A stretch of DNA of 64,000 bases, taken from NCBI GenBank assembly GCA_963977015.1, contig CAXBMO010000022.1:36063-100062 (forward strand), given 5' to 3'. Shown in pieces: positions 40,477-51,023 of the stretch. Under the pieces are notes generated by a model. That model saw nothing but the letters and a program-made list of their open reading frames with translations, searched no databases and was not told the DNA's origin. The position numbers were made by a program, and so were the translations under genes. The DNA is from an uncultured bacterium. Its GTDB lineage: Bacteria > Verrucomicrobiota > Verrucomicrobiia > Verrucomicrobiales > DEV007. The stretch's first letter is position 1. Every line of letters starts with the position of its first letter.

Positions 40477-40517
40477 TTTCCAGTTTCCGTTTCGCAAAAC
40501 CCCGGCAGAGTGTCGGG

Positions 40518-42365
40518 GTGAAACCCTTCTTTTTCGTCTCGTTCCTCTGCATTGTCGCAGGATTCTCGTCCGGCCTTGCCGCCGAAAAACCCAATTTCGT
40601 CTGGCTTATTTCTGAGGATAACTCAAAGCATTACCTCAAACTGTTTGATCCATCCGGCGCTCCTGCGCCCAACATTGAAGCGCTGGCCGGGCACGGCCTC
40701 ACCTTCACTCGCGCGTTTTCCAATAGTCCCGTTTGTTCGGTTGCCCGGACCACCCTGGCAACATCTTGCTACGGCCCTCGAATCGGAACCCAATTCCATC
40801 GGCGGTCCCAACTGGCAGCCATGCCTCCCGGTTTAAAGATGTTCCCGGCTTACCTCAATGAAGCAGGCTACGACACCACGAACAACAGCAAGAAGGACTA
40901 CAACGCGATCGAGGGACCAAACGTCTGGAGTGAATCCTCGAAGAAAGCCACGTGGAGAAATCGCTCAACCAAAGACCAACCGTTTTTCCACATGCAGAGC
41001 TTTGGTCAATCGCACGAAAGCTCCCTCCACTTCAAGGCATCCGAACGGGAGAAGCAAACGAACGCGACTGACGCAAGCACGCTCAAGCTGGCTGACTATC
41101 ACCCCGACACCTCGCTAACACGTTACACTTATGCTCGATACCATGATCGAATGGGAGTCATCGATGATTCCATTGGCAAAGTCGTCGATCAGTTAAAGAA
41201 AGACGGCCTTCTCGAAGATACATTTGTGTTCTATTTTGGCGACCACGGTGGTGTACTCCCCCGCAGTAAAGGTTATATCTATGAGTCCGGCCTCCACGTT
41301 CCCCTGGTCGTGAGAATCCCGGAGAATTTCAAGCACCTGGTTGATGCCAAGCCCGGCTCTCAAATCGATGGCTTTGTCAGCTTCATCGACTTTGGCCCGA
41401 CGCTCCTGAATCTGGCCGGGCTGCCGGTCCCGAAGCAGGTGGATGGGATTCCATTCCTTGGGGAAGGGATCAAGATGAGTGAGGTCAATCAGCGAGACTC
41501 CACCATTGGTTACGCGGATCGATTTGATGAAAAATACGACCTTTGTCGTTCTCTCCGAAAAGGAAACTTCAAATATATCCGGAACTATCAGGCCTACTAT
41601 CCTGATGGACTTCAAAATAACTATCGCTACAAGATGTTGGCCTATGAAGAATGGCGGAGCCTCTCTCTTTCCGGTGAACTCAACGAAGCGCAAAACCAGT
41701 TTTTCCAGCCCAAGCAGGTTGAAGCGCTTTACGATATCGAAAACGATCCACACGAAGTCCACAATCTCGCGGCGGATCCGGCCCATCGCCAAACCTTGGT
41801 TGAACTCCGGGCCCAGCTTCAGGAAACCATCAAGGGTTGGCCTGATCTGAGTTTTTATCCAGAGAATGTTCTCGTTGATGAAGCGTTTGCTCAACCCGTT
41901 GCATTTGGCCGGGAACACCAGGCAGAAATTGCAACGTTCATCGACACGATTGATCTGAGCCTGATCCCCTTTGCCGAGGCGAAGCCAAAACTTGCTTCCG
42001 CGTTGAAGCATGAGAGTCCCTGGGTTCGTTATTGGGCGGCGACCGCGGCAAGTTGTTTTGGTGAGGATGCGAGTTCCCTGACTCCTGATGTCGAAACGTT
42101 GTTACAGGACGCCGAGCCCTTGGTTCGAGTTCGAGCCGCGGAATTTTTGGGAATCATCGGCGCCACGGATCCCCGCCCCACATTTCGCGAAGTCTTGAGC
42201 GAAACCGAACACCCTTGGGAAGCGCTCATCACGCTCAACAGCGTGGTCTTTTTCCATGACCGGTTTCCCGATCCCCTTCCCTTCGACATGGACGCGGTGA
42301 CGATGAAGACCACCAAAGGCGAAGTTCAGCGACGCACCGAGTATCTCAGCGGAAAGTTGCGTTGA
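40518..42365 (+). CDS. Sulfatase with C-terminal HEAT repeats
   Basis: PNFVWLISED, CSVAR, GDHGG, VRYWAA / VRVRAAEFLG. Confidence 0.9.
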   Translation: MKPFFFVSFLCIVAGFSSGLAAEKPNFVWLISEDNSKHYLKLFDPSGAPAPNIEALAGHGLTFTRAFSNSPVCSVARTTLATSCYGPRIGTQFHRRSQLAAMPPGLKMFPAYLNEAGYDTTNNSKKDYNAIEGPNVWSESSKKATWRNRSTKDQPFFHMQSFGQSHESSLHFKASEREKQTNATDASTLKLADYHPDTSLTRYTYARYHDRMGVIDDSIGKVVDQLKKDGLLEDTFVFYFGDHGGVLPRSKGYIYESGLHVPLVVRIPENFKHLVDAKPGSQIDGFVSFIDFGPTLLNLAGLPVPKQVDGIPFLGEGIKMSEVNQRDSTIGYADRFDEKYDLCRSLRKGNFKYIRNYQAYYPDGLQNNYRYKMLAYEEWRSLSLSGELNEAQNQFFQPKQVEALYDIENDPHEVHNLAADPAHRQTLVELRAQLQETIKGWPDLSFYPENVLVDEAFAQPVAFGREHQAEIATFIDTIDLSLIPFAEAKPKLASALKHESPWVRYWAATAASCFGEDASSLTPDVETLLQDAEPLVRVRAAEFLGIIGATDPRPTFREVLSETEHPWEALITLNSVVFFHDRFPDPLPFDMDAVTMKTTKGEVQRRTEYLSGKLR

Positions 42366-42408
42366 TCGGGTCACCCGTTTGGGGGACTCCAGACGTATCG
42401 TGCCTTGT

Positions 42409-43827
42409 ATGGCCAAAAACTACCAACGCGTTATCCATTGGTTTCGACGCGATCTTCGCCTTTCGGACAACACCGCGCTTAACGCGGCCTGCTCCTCTGC
42501 AAAGGAGGTGATCCCGGTGTATGTGATCAGTGATTGGAGCGGGAGCCACAACTGGACCGGCCCTCCACGTCAAGCTTTCCTCTGCGGCTGCCTGGAGTCG
42601 CTCCAGAAGAATTTGGAGCGGTTCGGAGGATTGCTCATTTTTCGGCGAGGCAAGGCAGATGAAGAGTTGATGCGCTTGGTCACCGAAACCAAGGCGGAAG
42701 CGATTTTCTTCAACAAGGATCCCGATCCGTTCGGGCGCCAGATGGAGCAACAGATCGCAGATGCCTGTCAGAACGCGGGTATCGATGCAATCGGTCATCA
42801 GGATCACGTTCTTCACGCGGCCGATGAAATCCTCACCCAGAACGGAGATCCCTATCGGATTTATTCCCCGTATGGGCGAAATTGGCGCGACCGGGAAAAA
42901 CGATCTCCCGGTCCGACCGCCAAGTCTTTTCAAACACCCGAGGGTATTTCATCCCTGGATGCCCCGACGCTGCAAACGTGGAAGCTTTCGGCGACAACCA
43001 CCAAGTTTCTCGACCCCGGAGAGAAAGCTGCCCGCGAGCGGCTCAAAACCGCCCTCTCGGGGCCACTGCCCGATTACGGATCGAAGCGCGATACTCCGGC
43101 CGGTCGCACCACATCCCGTCTCAGCCAGGACCTGCGGTTCGGACTCATTTCGGTTCGCGAAATCTATTCCAAGGTGAACCAAGCCGCCCAAAACACGGAC
43201 TCGGCCGACGCTCGCGACAGCTTTGGGAAATTCATCGGCGAATTGGCCTGGCGTGAATTCTACATGGCGATCCTGGCGCATTGGCCAGAGGTCTTTGAGG
43301 TCGAATTCAATCCCCAATGGCGCGGCCTCCCCTGGGACGAACCGGGCCAGGCCTTCGAACGGTGGTGCGAGGGAACCACGGGGTTCCCGATCGTCGATGC
43401 GGGAATGCGGGAACTCAACGCAACCGGATTCATGCACAACCGCGTCCGCATGATTGTCGCGATGTTTCTGACCAAGGACCTCCATATCGACTGGCGCGAA
43501 GGAGAAAAGATCTTCATGCAACGGCTCGTGGACGGAGAGAATGCGAGCAACAATGGCGGCTGGCAATGGTCGGCGGGTGTTGGGGCGGACGCGGCGCCGT
43601 ACTTTCGGATCCAGAATCCGTGGACGCAGACCAAGCGCTACGATCCTGCGGGAGAATACATTCGCCAATGGGTTCCCGAACTTGAAAAAGCGGAAGCGAA
43701 GAACCTCTACACGGCCCCGAAACCCGGCGAATCAGTCTTTCGGGGATACCCCGTCCCGGTTGTCGATCACGGAGAAGAGCGAGACCGTTGCCTCGCGATG
43801 TTCAAGGCGCACAAGCAAGCAAATTAA
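42409..43827 (+). CDS. phrB: Deoxyribodipyrimidine photolyase
   Basis: WFRRDLRLSDN, ELAWREFY, GTTGFPIVDAGMR, MHNRVRM, NNGGWQW. Confidence 0.93.
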   Translation: MAKNYQRVIHWFRRDLRLSDNTALNAACSSAKEVIPVYVISDWSGSHNWTGPPRQAFLCGCLESLQKNLERFGGLLIFRRGKADEELMRLVTETKAEAIFFNKDPDPFGRQMEQQIADACQNAGIDAIGHQDHVLHAADEILTQNGDPYRIYSPYGRNWRDREKRSPGPTAKSFQTPEGISSLDAPTLQTWKLSATTTKFLDPGEKAARERLKTALSGPLPDYGSKRDTPAGRTTSRLSQDLRFGLISVREIYSKVNQAAQNTDSADARDSFGKFIGELAWREFYMAILAHWPEVFEVEFNPQWRGLPWDEPGQAFERWCEGTTGFPIVDAGMRELNATGFMHNRVRMIVAMFLTKDLHIDWREGEKIFMQRLVDGENASNNGGWQWSAGVGADAAPYFRIQNPWTQTKRYDPAGEYIRQWVPELEKAEAKNLYTAPKPGESVFRGYPVPVVDHGEERDRCLAMFKAHKQAN

Positions 43828-43835
43828 GGAACGGT

Positions 43836-45065
43836 CTAGAGTTCCTCGGGTTTCTGCAGCAACTCAGAAACCCGTTGGAGCAGCCTTCCCGCAGCACCTC
43901 CATCGAGAACGCGGTGATCGAAGCTCAAGGTGATTTCAGCTTCGACGACGGGAACAAACGTCTCCGTCTCGTTACTCCAAACCGGCTTTTTCCGGCCAGC
44001 ACCCAGACCTAGAACGAGATTCTGCTCCGGCAAGGGAATCGGAGTTGCCCAAACCAGGCCGAAGGTTCCAAAATTGGTAACCGTCGCCAGCCCGCCGCCA
44101 TACACATCGGGTGGCAGCTTCCGCTCTCTGGCGCGCTCAACGAGTTCGTTGTAGGTCTTCACCATCTCGCTCAAGGGTTTTTCGTCCACATCACGAATCA
44201 CTGGAACCATGACGCCATCATCGACTTCCACGGCAAACCCAATGTCGATGGCCTTCGGGTGAACGATTTTTTCCCCCACCAGTCGTCCTCCCACGGCGGT
44301 GTTTTCTGCAATGGCAATGGCCAAGGCGCGAATGAGATAGAGAGCAGGTCCCGGCCTGGGATTGGTCGATTTGCGGTGAAGGAGGAGTCGATCGAGCAAG
44401 ACGGGTCGTCCGACCGTGGCAAGCGGGCGAAACCAGCTCCGCCGCATGGAATCGGCAACCGCGATTCGCATCGAGGAGGCGTCGGATTGGGCGTGATCGT
44501 CGAGTTCCTTGATGAATCGCTCGAAATCTTCGACCGTAACCCTGCCGCCGGCGCCGGTTCCGGCAATTCCAGACAGATCGGAAGCATTGAGTCCCAATTC
44601 CTGCATCCGCGCCTTCATTCGTGGCGACAGATAAGTTGCTCCCGTTGCATTGGCGGGAACCGGCAGGCCCACGGTGGGACTTACGCGCCACGGTTCTTCT
44701 TCCTTTTCAATGATATCGTTCTCATTAACGGCAAAGTGGAGATCGTCACCATTGTCGCCCGAAGGTTCGCGAGCTTCTTCCGGCTCACTTTCTTCACCAA
44801 ATCCCGCGGTTTCCGCATCCTCTGCTGAAACTTCCAAATACGCCAAGGCTGCCCCCACCGGGTAGCTCTGGTCCAGCTTCGCGACAATCTCCACGACTTC
44901 TCCCGCGACCGGGACCATCACCTCGAGATTGGCTTTGTTGGTCTCCACCTCAATCACATCCTGATCAGCAACGACCTTCTGATTCGGCTTCACGCGAATC
45001 GTCCGAACCACTGCTTCGGCAATTGCTTCACCCAATTGGGGCATCTGAATGGGAATTCTCGGCAT
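43836..45065 (-). CDS. 2-oxoacid dehydrogenase E2 (dihydrolipoamide acyltransferase)
   Basis: Lipoyl EVETNKA, GTGAGGRVT E3-binding motif, FDHRVLDG. Confidence 0.92.
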   Translation of the reverse strand: MPRIPIQMPQLGEAIAEAVVRTIRVKPNQKVVADQDVIEVETNKANLEVMVPVAGEVVEIVAKLDQSYPVGAALAYLEVSAEDAETAGFGEESEPEEAREPSGDNGDDLHFAVNENDIIEKEEEPWRVSPTVGLPVPANATGATYLSPRMKARMQELGLNASDLSGIAGTGAGGRVTVEDFERFIKELDDHAQSDASSMRIAVADSMRRSWFRPLATVGRPVLLDRLLLHRKSTNPRPGPALYLIRALAIAIAENTAVGGRLVGEKIVHPKAIDIGFAVEVDDGVMVPVIRDVDEKPLSEMVKTYNELVERARERKLPPDVYGGGLATVTNFGTFGLVWATPIPLPEQNLVLGLGAGRKKPVWSNETETFVPVVEAEITLSFDHRVLDGGAAGRLLQRVSELLQKPEEL

Positions 45066-45077
45066 TGATCGTTAATT

Positions 45078-46049
45078 TCAGAATCTAAGCACTTTTCGCA
45101 ACGAAGAAGCGATCGAGGCCGCGGTGGGTCGATGAGCGGCCCAGAGATTGGGATGATAGGGAATCGGTGTATCTTTCGAATTCAACCGCAAAGGGGGTGC
45201 ATCGAGAAGGTGAAATCCTTCGGCGACAACGCGGGCAATGACTTCAGCATTGAGTCCTCCCCAGGGAAAGGATTCGGCAACACAGAGCAAACGCCCCGTC
45301 CGCGCAACCGAAGCCAAAATCGTATCGGTATCAATTGGTTTGGCGGATCGCAAATCGACCACTTCGATTTGCCACGCTTCTTCTCCGAGTTGTTTGGCCG
45401 CTTTGAGAGCCTCGTGAACCATCGCGCTTGCCGCCACCACGGTCGCGTCCCGGCCTTGACGGGCAATTCGGGCCTTTCCAATCGGCAACCCATCATCCGG
45501 CAGTTTGTCTGCCTTCAAATGGTAGTAGAGAAATTTGTGCTCACAGAAGATGACCGGATCGTCCAATTTCACCGCTTCCAGAAACATCGTATAAGCGTCT
45601 TCGACCGTTGCCGGCATCAGAACCACCAACCCGGGAAAATGCGAATAGAGGGACTCCAGACTTTGGCTGTGAAAGGGGCCAGACCCCTCGTTTCCTCCGC
45701 TGGGGAGACGAATCGTGAAAGGAATCGGCACCCCGGTTCGGTAATAGTGGGTGCCTGCCTGGTTCACGATTTGGTTGAAGGCAATCGACGAAAAGTCGGC
45801 AAACTGCATTTCCACGATTGGCCGCATTCCTTCGATGGCTGCACCAATCGCCATGCCGACGATCGCATCTTCACTGATCGGGCTATCGATCACTCTGCCC
45901 GGAAATTCTTCGGCGAGGTTTTTCGTGGCCTTAAACGCGCCACCGAACCCGGAAACATCCTGGCCATAGATGAACACGTTCTCGTCGTCGGCCAGCGCCT
46001 TGGCCTGAGCTTCCCGAATCGCCTGAAGATAGCTGATTTCCTGCTTCAT
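45078..46049 (-). CDS. 2-oxoacid dehydrogenase E1 beta
   Basis: DSPISE, EMQFADF, FHSQS, EVVDLRS. Confidence 0.93.
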   Translation of the reverse strand: MKQEISYLQAIREAQAKALADDENVFIYGQDVSGFGGAFKATKNLAEEFPGRVIDSPISEDAIVGMAIGAAIEGMRPIVEMQFADFSSIAFNQIVNQAGTHYYRTGVPIPFTIRLPSGGNEGSGPFHSQSLESLYSHFPGLVVLMPATVEDAYTMFLEAVKLDDPVIFCEHKFLYYHLKADKLPDDGLPIGKARIARQGRDATVVAASAMVHEALKAAKQLGEEAWQIEVVDLRSAKPIDTDTILASVARTGRLLCVAESFPWGGLNAEVIARVVAEGFHLLDAPPLRLNSKDTPIPYHPNLWAAHRPTAASIASSLRKVLRF

Positions 46050-47083
46050 AAATCAGGCGTTCCCTCGCATAGATGCTTGGTGCTTAACGCATACCATGTT
46101 TCCCGGCCCGCATTTGGTTTCGCTTCTTTGGTGACCTTCTTGACGGCTTTTTCGACTTCCGCAGCAGCCTCCGCCTTCCATTCCACGATGTCAGCTTCGC
46201 TGGCGAATTTCTTCCCGATCAACTCCTCGGCGGCGATCTGAACACAGTCTTTGCCAAGATCGCTCTTTTTCAATTCATCCGGAACGTAGGCGGCCGTGTC
46301 GTGCTCTCCATGTCCCGACAACCGCAGGAGATCTCCCACCACCAATTGCGGCCCTTCGCCAGCCCTCGCCCGTTTCACCGCGTCTCCAAACGTTTTGAGA
46401 CAATCCAGCATCGAAGTGCCGTCGCAATGATGCCCCCTCACTCCATAACCAACCGCCCGATCCGTGAGGTCCTTGCAGGCATATTGGCGGTCTGTAGACG
46501 TCGAGTAGGCAAACTGATTGTTGGCGACGGCGACCACCAGGGGGAGTTTTTCGACCGCAGCCTGGTTCAATGCCTCGTGAAATGCTCCGGTCGACGTTCC
46601 GCCGTCTCCAATGCAGGCACCTCCGACGACTCCGGTTTTTCCCCGAAAACGCTTTGCCATCAACATTCCATTGATGACCGAAACCATGGCTCCCAGATGG
46701 CTGATCATTGCTGGCGAACCTTGAGATGGCCGACCACGGTGAATGTTGCCATCCCGTCCCCGCATTGGACCTTCCACCGACCCCAGATACGTCCGCAACG
46801 GATCCAACAACGGCTCACCAAAGGCCAGCCTTCCCGCCATATCGCGAATCAAAGGCCCATAGACATCCCCCTTCTTGTGATCCAGAAAAACCGCCAACGC
46901 AGCGCTAAACGCTTCCTGCCCTTTCCCGAGATACACCCCTCCAACAATCTTGTTTGCCCGATACAGACTGGCCAATTTGTCTTCGAGTACACGAGAAAGC
47001 AGCATCCACTTAAAAGTTGAGATGCTTCGCTGTTCCGGTTTCGATTGGGACTTTTTGGTCCCCTGTTTGGCTGTTCTTGCCAT
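46046..47083 (-). CDS. 2-oxoacid dehydrogenase E1 alpha
   Basis: GQEA, GDGG...NN TPP motif, RLSGHGEHD. Confidence 0.93.
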   Translation of the reverse strand: MARTAKQGTKKSQSKPEQRSISTFKWMLLSRVLEDKLASLYRANKIVGGVYLGKGQEAFSAALAVFLDHKKGDVYGPLIRDMAGRLAFGEPLLDPLRTYLGSVEGPMRGRDGNIHRGRPSQGSPAMISHLGAMVSVINGMLMAKRFRGKTGVVGGACIGDGGTSTGAFHEALNQAAVEKLPLVVAVANNQFAYSTSTDRQYACKDLTDRAVGYGVRGHHCDGTSMLDCLKTFGDAVKRARAGEGPQLVVGDLLRLSGHGEHDTAAYVPDELKKSDLGKDCVQIAAEELIGKKFASEADIVEWKAEAAAEVEKAVKKVTKEAKPNAGRETWYALSTKHLCEGTPDL

Positions 47084-47236
47084 AGCCACGTCGATCTGGC
47101 ACCATTCATAGGGCCATCGCTGACGCAATGGATTTCTTGCTCATGTTCCAGCCGTTTTCAGCGAATTCCAGCGATCAATTGCGAACCATCAAATCTTGCC
47201 TAAAATGAAGGTAGCGTTCCTCAATTCCCCGACTTC

Positions 47237-48625
47237 ATGCAGAATTCCGTAGTTCTCAGATTCGCGAAGCTTATTCTGGCCCTTGCCGCCGTCGCTTCAC
47301 TCTCCTCGTGCGACAAACTTTGGGAGATTGGTCAGAAACTCAAAGCACCGGAAGAACCGGAAACCGAAGAAATTGTCGCTCAGATGATGCCGGTTCCCGA
47401 GGAGGAACCGGAAGTTGTCGAAATTCTCCCCGCCGAGCCACCGGAACCAGAGGGCCCGGTTATCGATCCCGACATCGAAGTCTCGATTCTCGGATATCAC
47501 GACTTTGCCCATCAGGACTCCCGCAACAACATGGTCATCAACACGACCAAATTCCGGGCTCAAATGGAAGCGCTGAAAAAAGCCGAGATTCCAGTGATCC
47601 CGATGATGGACTACGTGGCATGGAAAAACGGCGAGAAGAATATTCCAAACCCCAGCGTGGTGATCACGATCGACGACGGCTGGGAAGCCGTTTACACCCA
47701 TGCCTACCCGATTTTGAAGGAATACGGTTACCCGTTTTCAATTTACCTCTACAAGAACTACATCGGGGGCGCGGGCCGATCGCTGAGCTATGAACAGATC
47801 AACGAAATGATCGCGAATGGCTGTGAAATTGGCGTCCACAGCGTGAGCCACTCCGACATGTCTCGAAACGGAGGTCGCAATGCCGAAGACTATGAAGAGT
47901 GGCTTCGCGAAGAACTGGGCGAATCGCTCCGCTTCCTTCGCGAAAAGTTTGGTGACGCCGTGATTCCGGTGTTCGCCTACCCTTACGGCAAGTACAACAA
48001 GCAAGTTTTGACGTTGGCAGAGGAATATGGATACGAGGTTGGCGTCACGGTCGCTCCCAAAAAGGCATCGCATGACCTCCCGAACTTGGAAGTGGGTCGC
48101 TACATCATTCACGGCGACAACAACACCAACATTGGCTACGCCATGAACTTCCAGAGCAACCAGGTCACTCCGGGAGGAGCCCTGACTTCAGCCTCCTCCA
48201 ATGAAGCCGGTGAAGAAGAGGCTCCGTTGGTGACGATGTGGCCCAAACAAAACGAGGCGATCGTCACGCGAACCCCTAACATTCAGGTCAATCTTGCCAA
48301 ATTGAGCGGAGTCAGCACCAGCGGCATGACCATGACCGTCAGCGGTCTCGGCAAAGTTCCTTTCGATTACGATGCCGCGAATGGCGTGGTCAGCTATCAG
48401 GTGATTGAGCCGATTCGTGCGTCGGGTTGCCAGGTAACTCTGGTTTTCAAGCGAAGAGGAGAATCCAAGTCTGACGTGATCAAGTGGGGCTTCAATCTCG
48501 ATCGCACCGCCCTGTATCTTCAGGAGCCGGTCGTTGCCAAGCCGATCGAAGTGACCAGCCCTGACAACGGTGACGGAGAGGAAAACAGTGCCGCGCTTCC
48601 TGACGAAGCCGAGCCGGTTTCCTAA
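47237..48625 (+). CDS. Polysaccharide deacetylase (CE4) lipoprotein
   Basis: ITIDDG, HSVSH, FAYPYG, lipobox LSSC. Confidence 0.9.
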   Translation: MQNSVVLRFAKLILALAAVASLSSCDKLWEIGQKLKAPEEPETEEIVAQMMPVPEEEPEVVEILPAEPPEPEGPVIDPDIEVSILGYHDFAHQDSRNNMVINTTKFRAQMEALKKAEIPVIPMMDYVAWKNGEKNIPNPSVVITIDDGWEAVYTHAYPILKEYGYPFSIYLYKNYIGGAGRSLSYEQINEMIANGCEIGVHSVSHSDMSRNGGRNAEDYEEWLREELGESLRFLREKFGDAVIPVFAYPYGKYNKQVLTLAEEYGYEVGVTVAPKKASHDLPNLEVGRYIIHGDNNTNIGYAMNFQSNQVTPGGALTSASSNEAGEEEAPLVTMWPKQNEAIVTRTPNIQVNLAKLSGVSTSGMTMTVSGLGKVPFDYDAANGVVSYQVIEPIRASGCQVTLVFKRRGESKSDVIKWGFNLDRTALYLQEPVVAKPIEVTSPDNGDGEENSAALPDEAEPVS

Positions 48626-48851
48626 GATACGCCTCACTTTTTCAGACTTCCCAAAGGCATTATCTGCTCACAGCACGATCGCTGTAATGGAGTCATTATA
48701 CTCTCTTGAGTGAATAGTTAGATTGTTCAATCGTCCAGAATAACGGAAACCTTACTTTCGCAAAAAGTCTCGCTTCCGGTGACTAAATTGTTGTAGCCTA
48801 GCTTTCAACTCGAAAGCAATTTTCCTCAACCTTCCCCCCTCCCAGACTCGT

Positions 48852-49178
48852 ATGCCTTCTCTCAGTGCCCCTTTGGCCACCTCACTCAAGCCTTCATCGG
48901 CCGAAACCACCTTGCGGATCCTTCCGGCGATCAAAAAGCGCCCCCCCAATCAAGCCAAACGCACGCTGATGGCGAGCTTGGGAATTTTGAGCCTGGTCGT
49001 CGGGTTCGTTTTTTTTCTCATCCCACCGATCCCCCTTGGAGCACCGCTTCTCGCGATTGGTTGCACGTTGATGATGAAGTCCTCGACCTCATTCCGGAAT
49101 TGGGCCCTGAAACGATCCGCAAAAGCGCCACGGATCCATGCATTCATCAAGCGTTGCCACGAAAAGTCGGAGGCGTAG
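48852..49178 (+). CDS. Small membrane protein
   Basis: Hydrophobic hairpin with PPIPLG turn. Confidence 0.55.
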   Translation: MPSLSAPLATSLKPSSAETTLRILPAIKKRPPNQAKRTLMASLGILSLVVGFVFFLIPPIPLGAPLLAIGCTLMMKSSTSFRNWALKRSAKAPRIHAFIKRCHEKSEA

Positions 49179-49247
49179 CCCGGTCCTTCCGATCCGCCTA
49201 GCAGAATGACTCTTTGAGGCAGGGCGGAAGCTAGGGAATGGGTAGCC

Positions 49248-51023
49248 ATGTCCCCCGCCATTCCCATCGGTGTTTTTCTGAGCGTTGCAATCGCCTGTTC
49301 TGCGGCCGAGCGCCCCAACTTCATCGTCGTTTACACTGACGATCACGGCTGGCCTGACCTTGGAGCTGCCGGAGTTTACGACGACCTGAAGACACCTCAC
49401 ATCGACGCCCTGGCACAATCAGGGGTTCGTGCGACAAACGGATACTCGACTGCCCCGCAATGCGTCCCCTCACGGGCGGGCCTCTTGGCCGGCAGAGCCC
49501 AAAACCGTTTCGGAGTCGAAAGCAACGCCGAAACGTTGGAAGGCTTCAATGCTCAGGAAACGATCGCTGAGCGGCTCAAAAAGGCAGGCTACGCCACAGG
49601 CCAGGTTGGCAAGTGGCATCTCGGCCCCAACCACGAAATCCCGACCCACGGATTTGATGACGTCTACGCCAAGAACGCCAATCGGCCCTGCCACGCGAAC
49701 TTCACCCTGGCGGGGGAGTCCATCAAGATGCAAATCGTGGACGACAAGCTCTATCATCTCGACGCCTGCACCCTGGCGGCCCTCGCCTTCATTCGTCGAC
49801 ATGAAGACCAACCGTTTTTTTTGTATCTAGCCTACCGCGCGCCCCACGTCCCCTTGGATGCACCGGAGAAATATCTTTCGCGATTTCCAGGTGAAATGCC
49901 TGAGCGCAGACGTCAGGCACTCGCCATGATCGCGGCAATGGATGATGGCGTCGGCCTCATTACCCGCGAACTGAGGGCACGGGGACTGACCGAGAAGACG
50001 CTGATCTTTTTCATCGGCGACAACGGAGCTCCGCTCAAGATTCACAAGCTGGATGCTCCCGGAGGCGGTCCCGGTTGGGACGGATCGCTCAATGAACCCA
50101 TGAACGGCGAGAAGGGCATGCTTTCCGAAGGCGGGCTACGCGTTCCTTATTTGGTAAGCTGGCCGGGTACCATCCCGGGAAACCAGGTCTACCACCATCC
50201 CGTGACGTCTCTGGATGTCGCGGCCACAGCCGCCGCCCTCGCCGGAATCCCGGCCCCTGCCAAACTCGATGGCGTCAACCTGGTTCCTTTCCTGAAAGGC
50301 GAAAAAAAGGAAGCTCCCCATCCCCTCCTGACCTGGCGGTGGGTTGCCCAATCCGCGGCTCGCGAAGGAAAATGGAAGCTCCTGAAAGGCGGTCAGCGGG
50401 AATATCTCTTCGACCTTGAGGCCGATCCCTCCGAGCAAACCAATTTACTCAGCCAATATCCCGAGATAGCGGATCGGCTCCGCAGTCAACTCACCGACTG
50501 GGCGGACCAATTGCAGCCTCCCGGGCTGACGACACACGCGATGGCGGCAACTTGGGAACGCTATTTCGATCACTATCTCGACAAGAAACCGATTGAGCTC
50601 CCGGAAGCAAAGACGAGTACTCACGGAGATTGGATCGCAAGAAACGCAACCCTGGCGATTGCCGAACATAGCATGGTGATTACCCCTGACCATAGTCCCA
50701 GCTCCTTTTTCCTGGCGAATTCGAAGGTTCATTTCAAGCACGCGTTTCAGGCCAAAATACACGCCCAAATTCCGAAGACCGGAAATCTGGGGATTGCCTG
50801 GAGATCACATCACCAAAAGGGGTTCGAGAAGGGTCAAGCCATCAGTCTGCCAATCGTCGGTTCCGATCGAATTCAGGAATTTACGATCGACGTGCCCGCA
50901 AAAGGAGAAACGATCCATGTTCGGATTCACTTCCCTAATACAACCGTCACGATCGAGCAAATCACGCTGAAAAATGCGCAAGTCCGTCGCGATTGGAAAT
51001 ACGTCTCCCCCCTTCCAAAATGA
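49248..51023 (+). CDS. Sulfatase with C-terminal accessory domain
   Basis: YTDDHG, CVPSRAGLL, GKWHLG, GDNG, EGGLRVP. Confidence 0.92.
   Translation: MSPAIPIGVFLSVAIACSAAERPNFIVVYTDDHGWPDLGAAGVYDDLKTPHIDALAQSGVRATNGYSTAPQCVPSRAGLLAGRAQNRFGVESNAETLEGFNAQETIAERLKKAGYATGQVGKWHLGPNHEIPTHGFDDVYAKNANRPCHANFTLAGESIKMQIVDDKLYHLDACTLAALAFIRRHEDQPFFLYLAYRAPHVPLDAPEKYLSRFPGEMPERRRQALAMIAAMDDGVGLITRELRARGLTEKTLIFFIGDNGAPLKIHKLDAPGGGPGWDGSLNEPMNGEKGMLSEGGLRVPYLVSWPGTIPGNQVYHHPVTSLDVAATAAALAGIPAPAKLDGVNLVPFLKGEKKEAPHPLLTWRWVAQSAAREGKWKLLKGGQREYLFDLEADPSEQTNLLSQYPEIADRLRSQLTDWADQLQPPGLTTHAMAATWERYFDHYLDKKPIELPEAKTSTHGDWIARNATLAIAEHSMVITPDHSPSSFFLANSKVHFKHAFQAKIHAQIPKTGNLGIAWRSHHQKGFEKGQAISLPIVGSDRIQEFTIDVPAKGETIHVRIHFPNTTVTIEQITLKNAQVRRDWKYVSPLPK

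Noticed and set aside
43836-47083. Missing E3 in the 2-oxoacid dehydrogenase cluster as a novelty
   Set aside because: E3 is commonly shared and encoded elsewhere; substrate specificity cannot be determined from the sequence, so no pdh or bkd symbols were given
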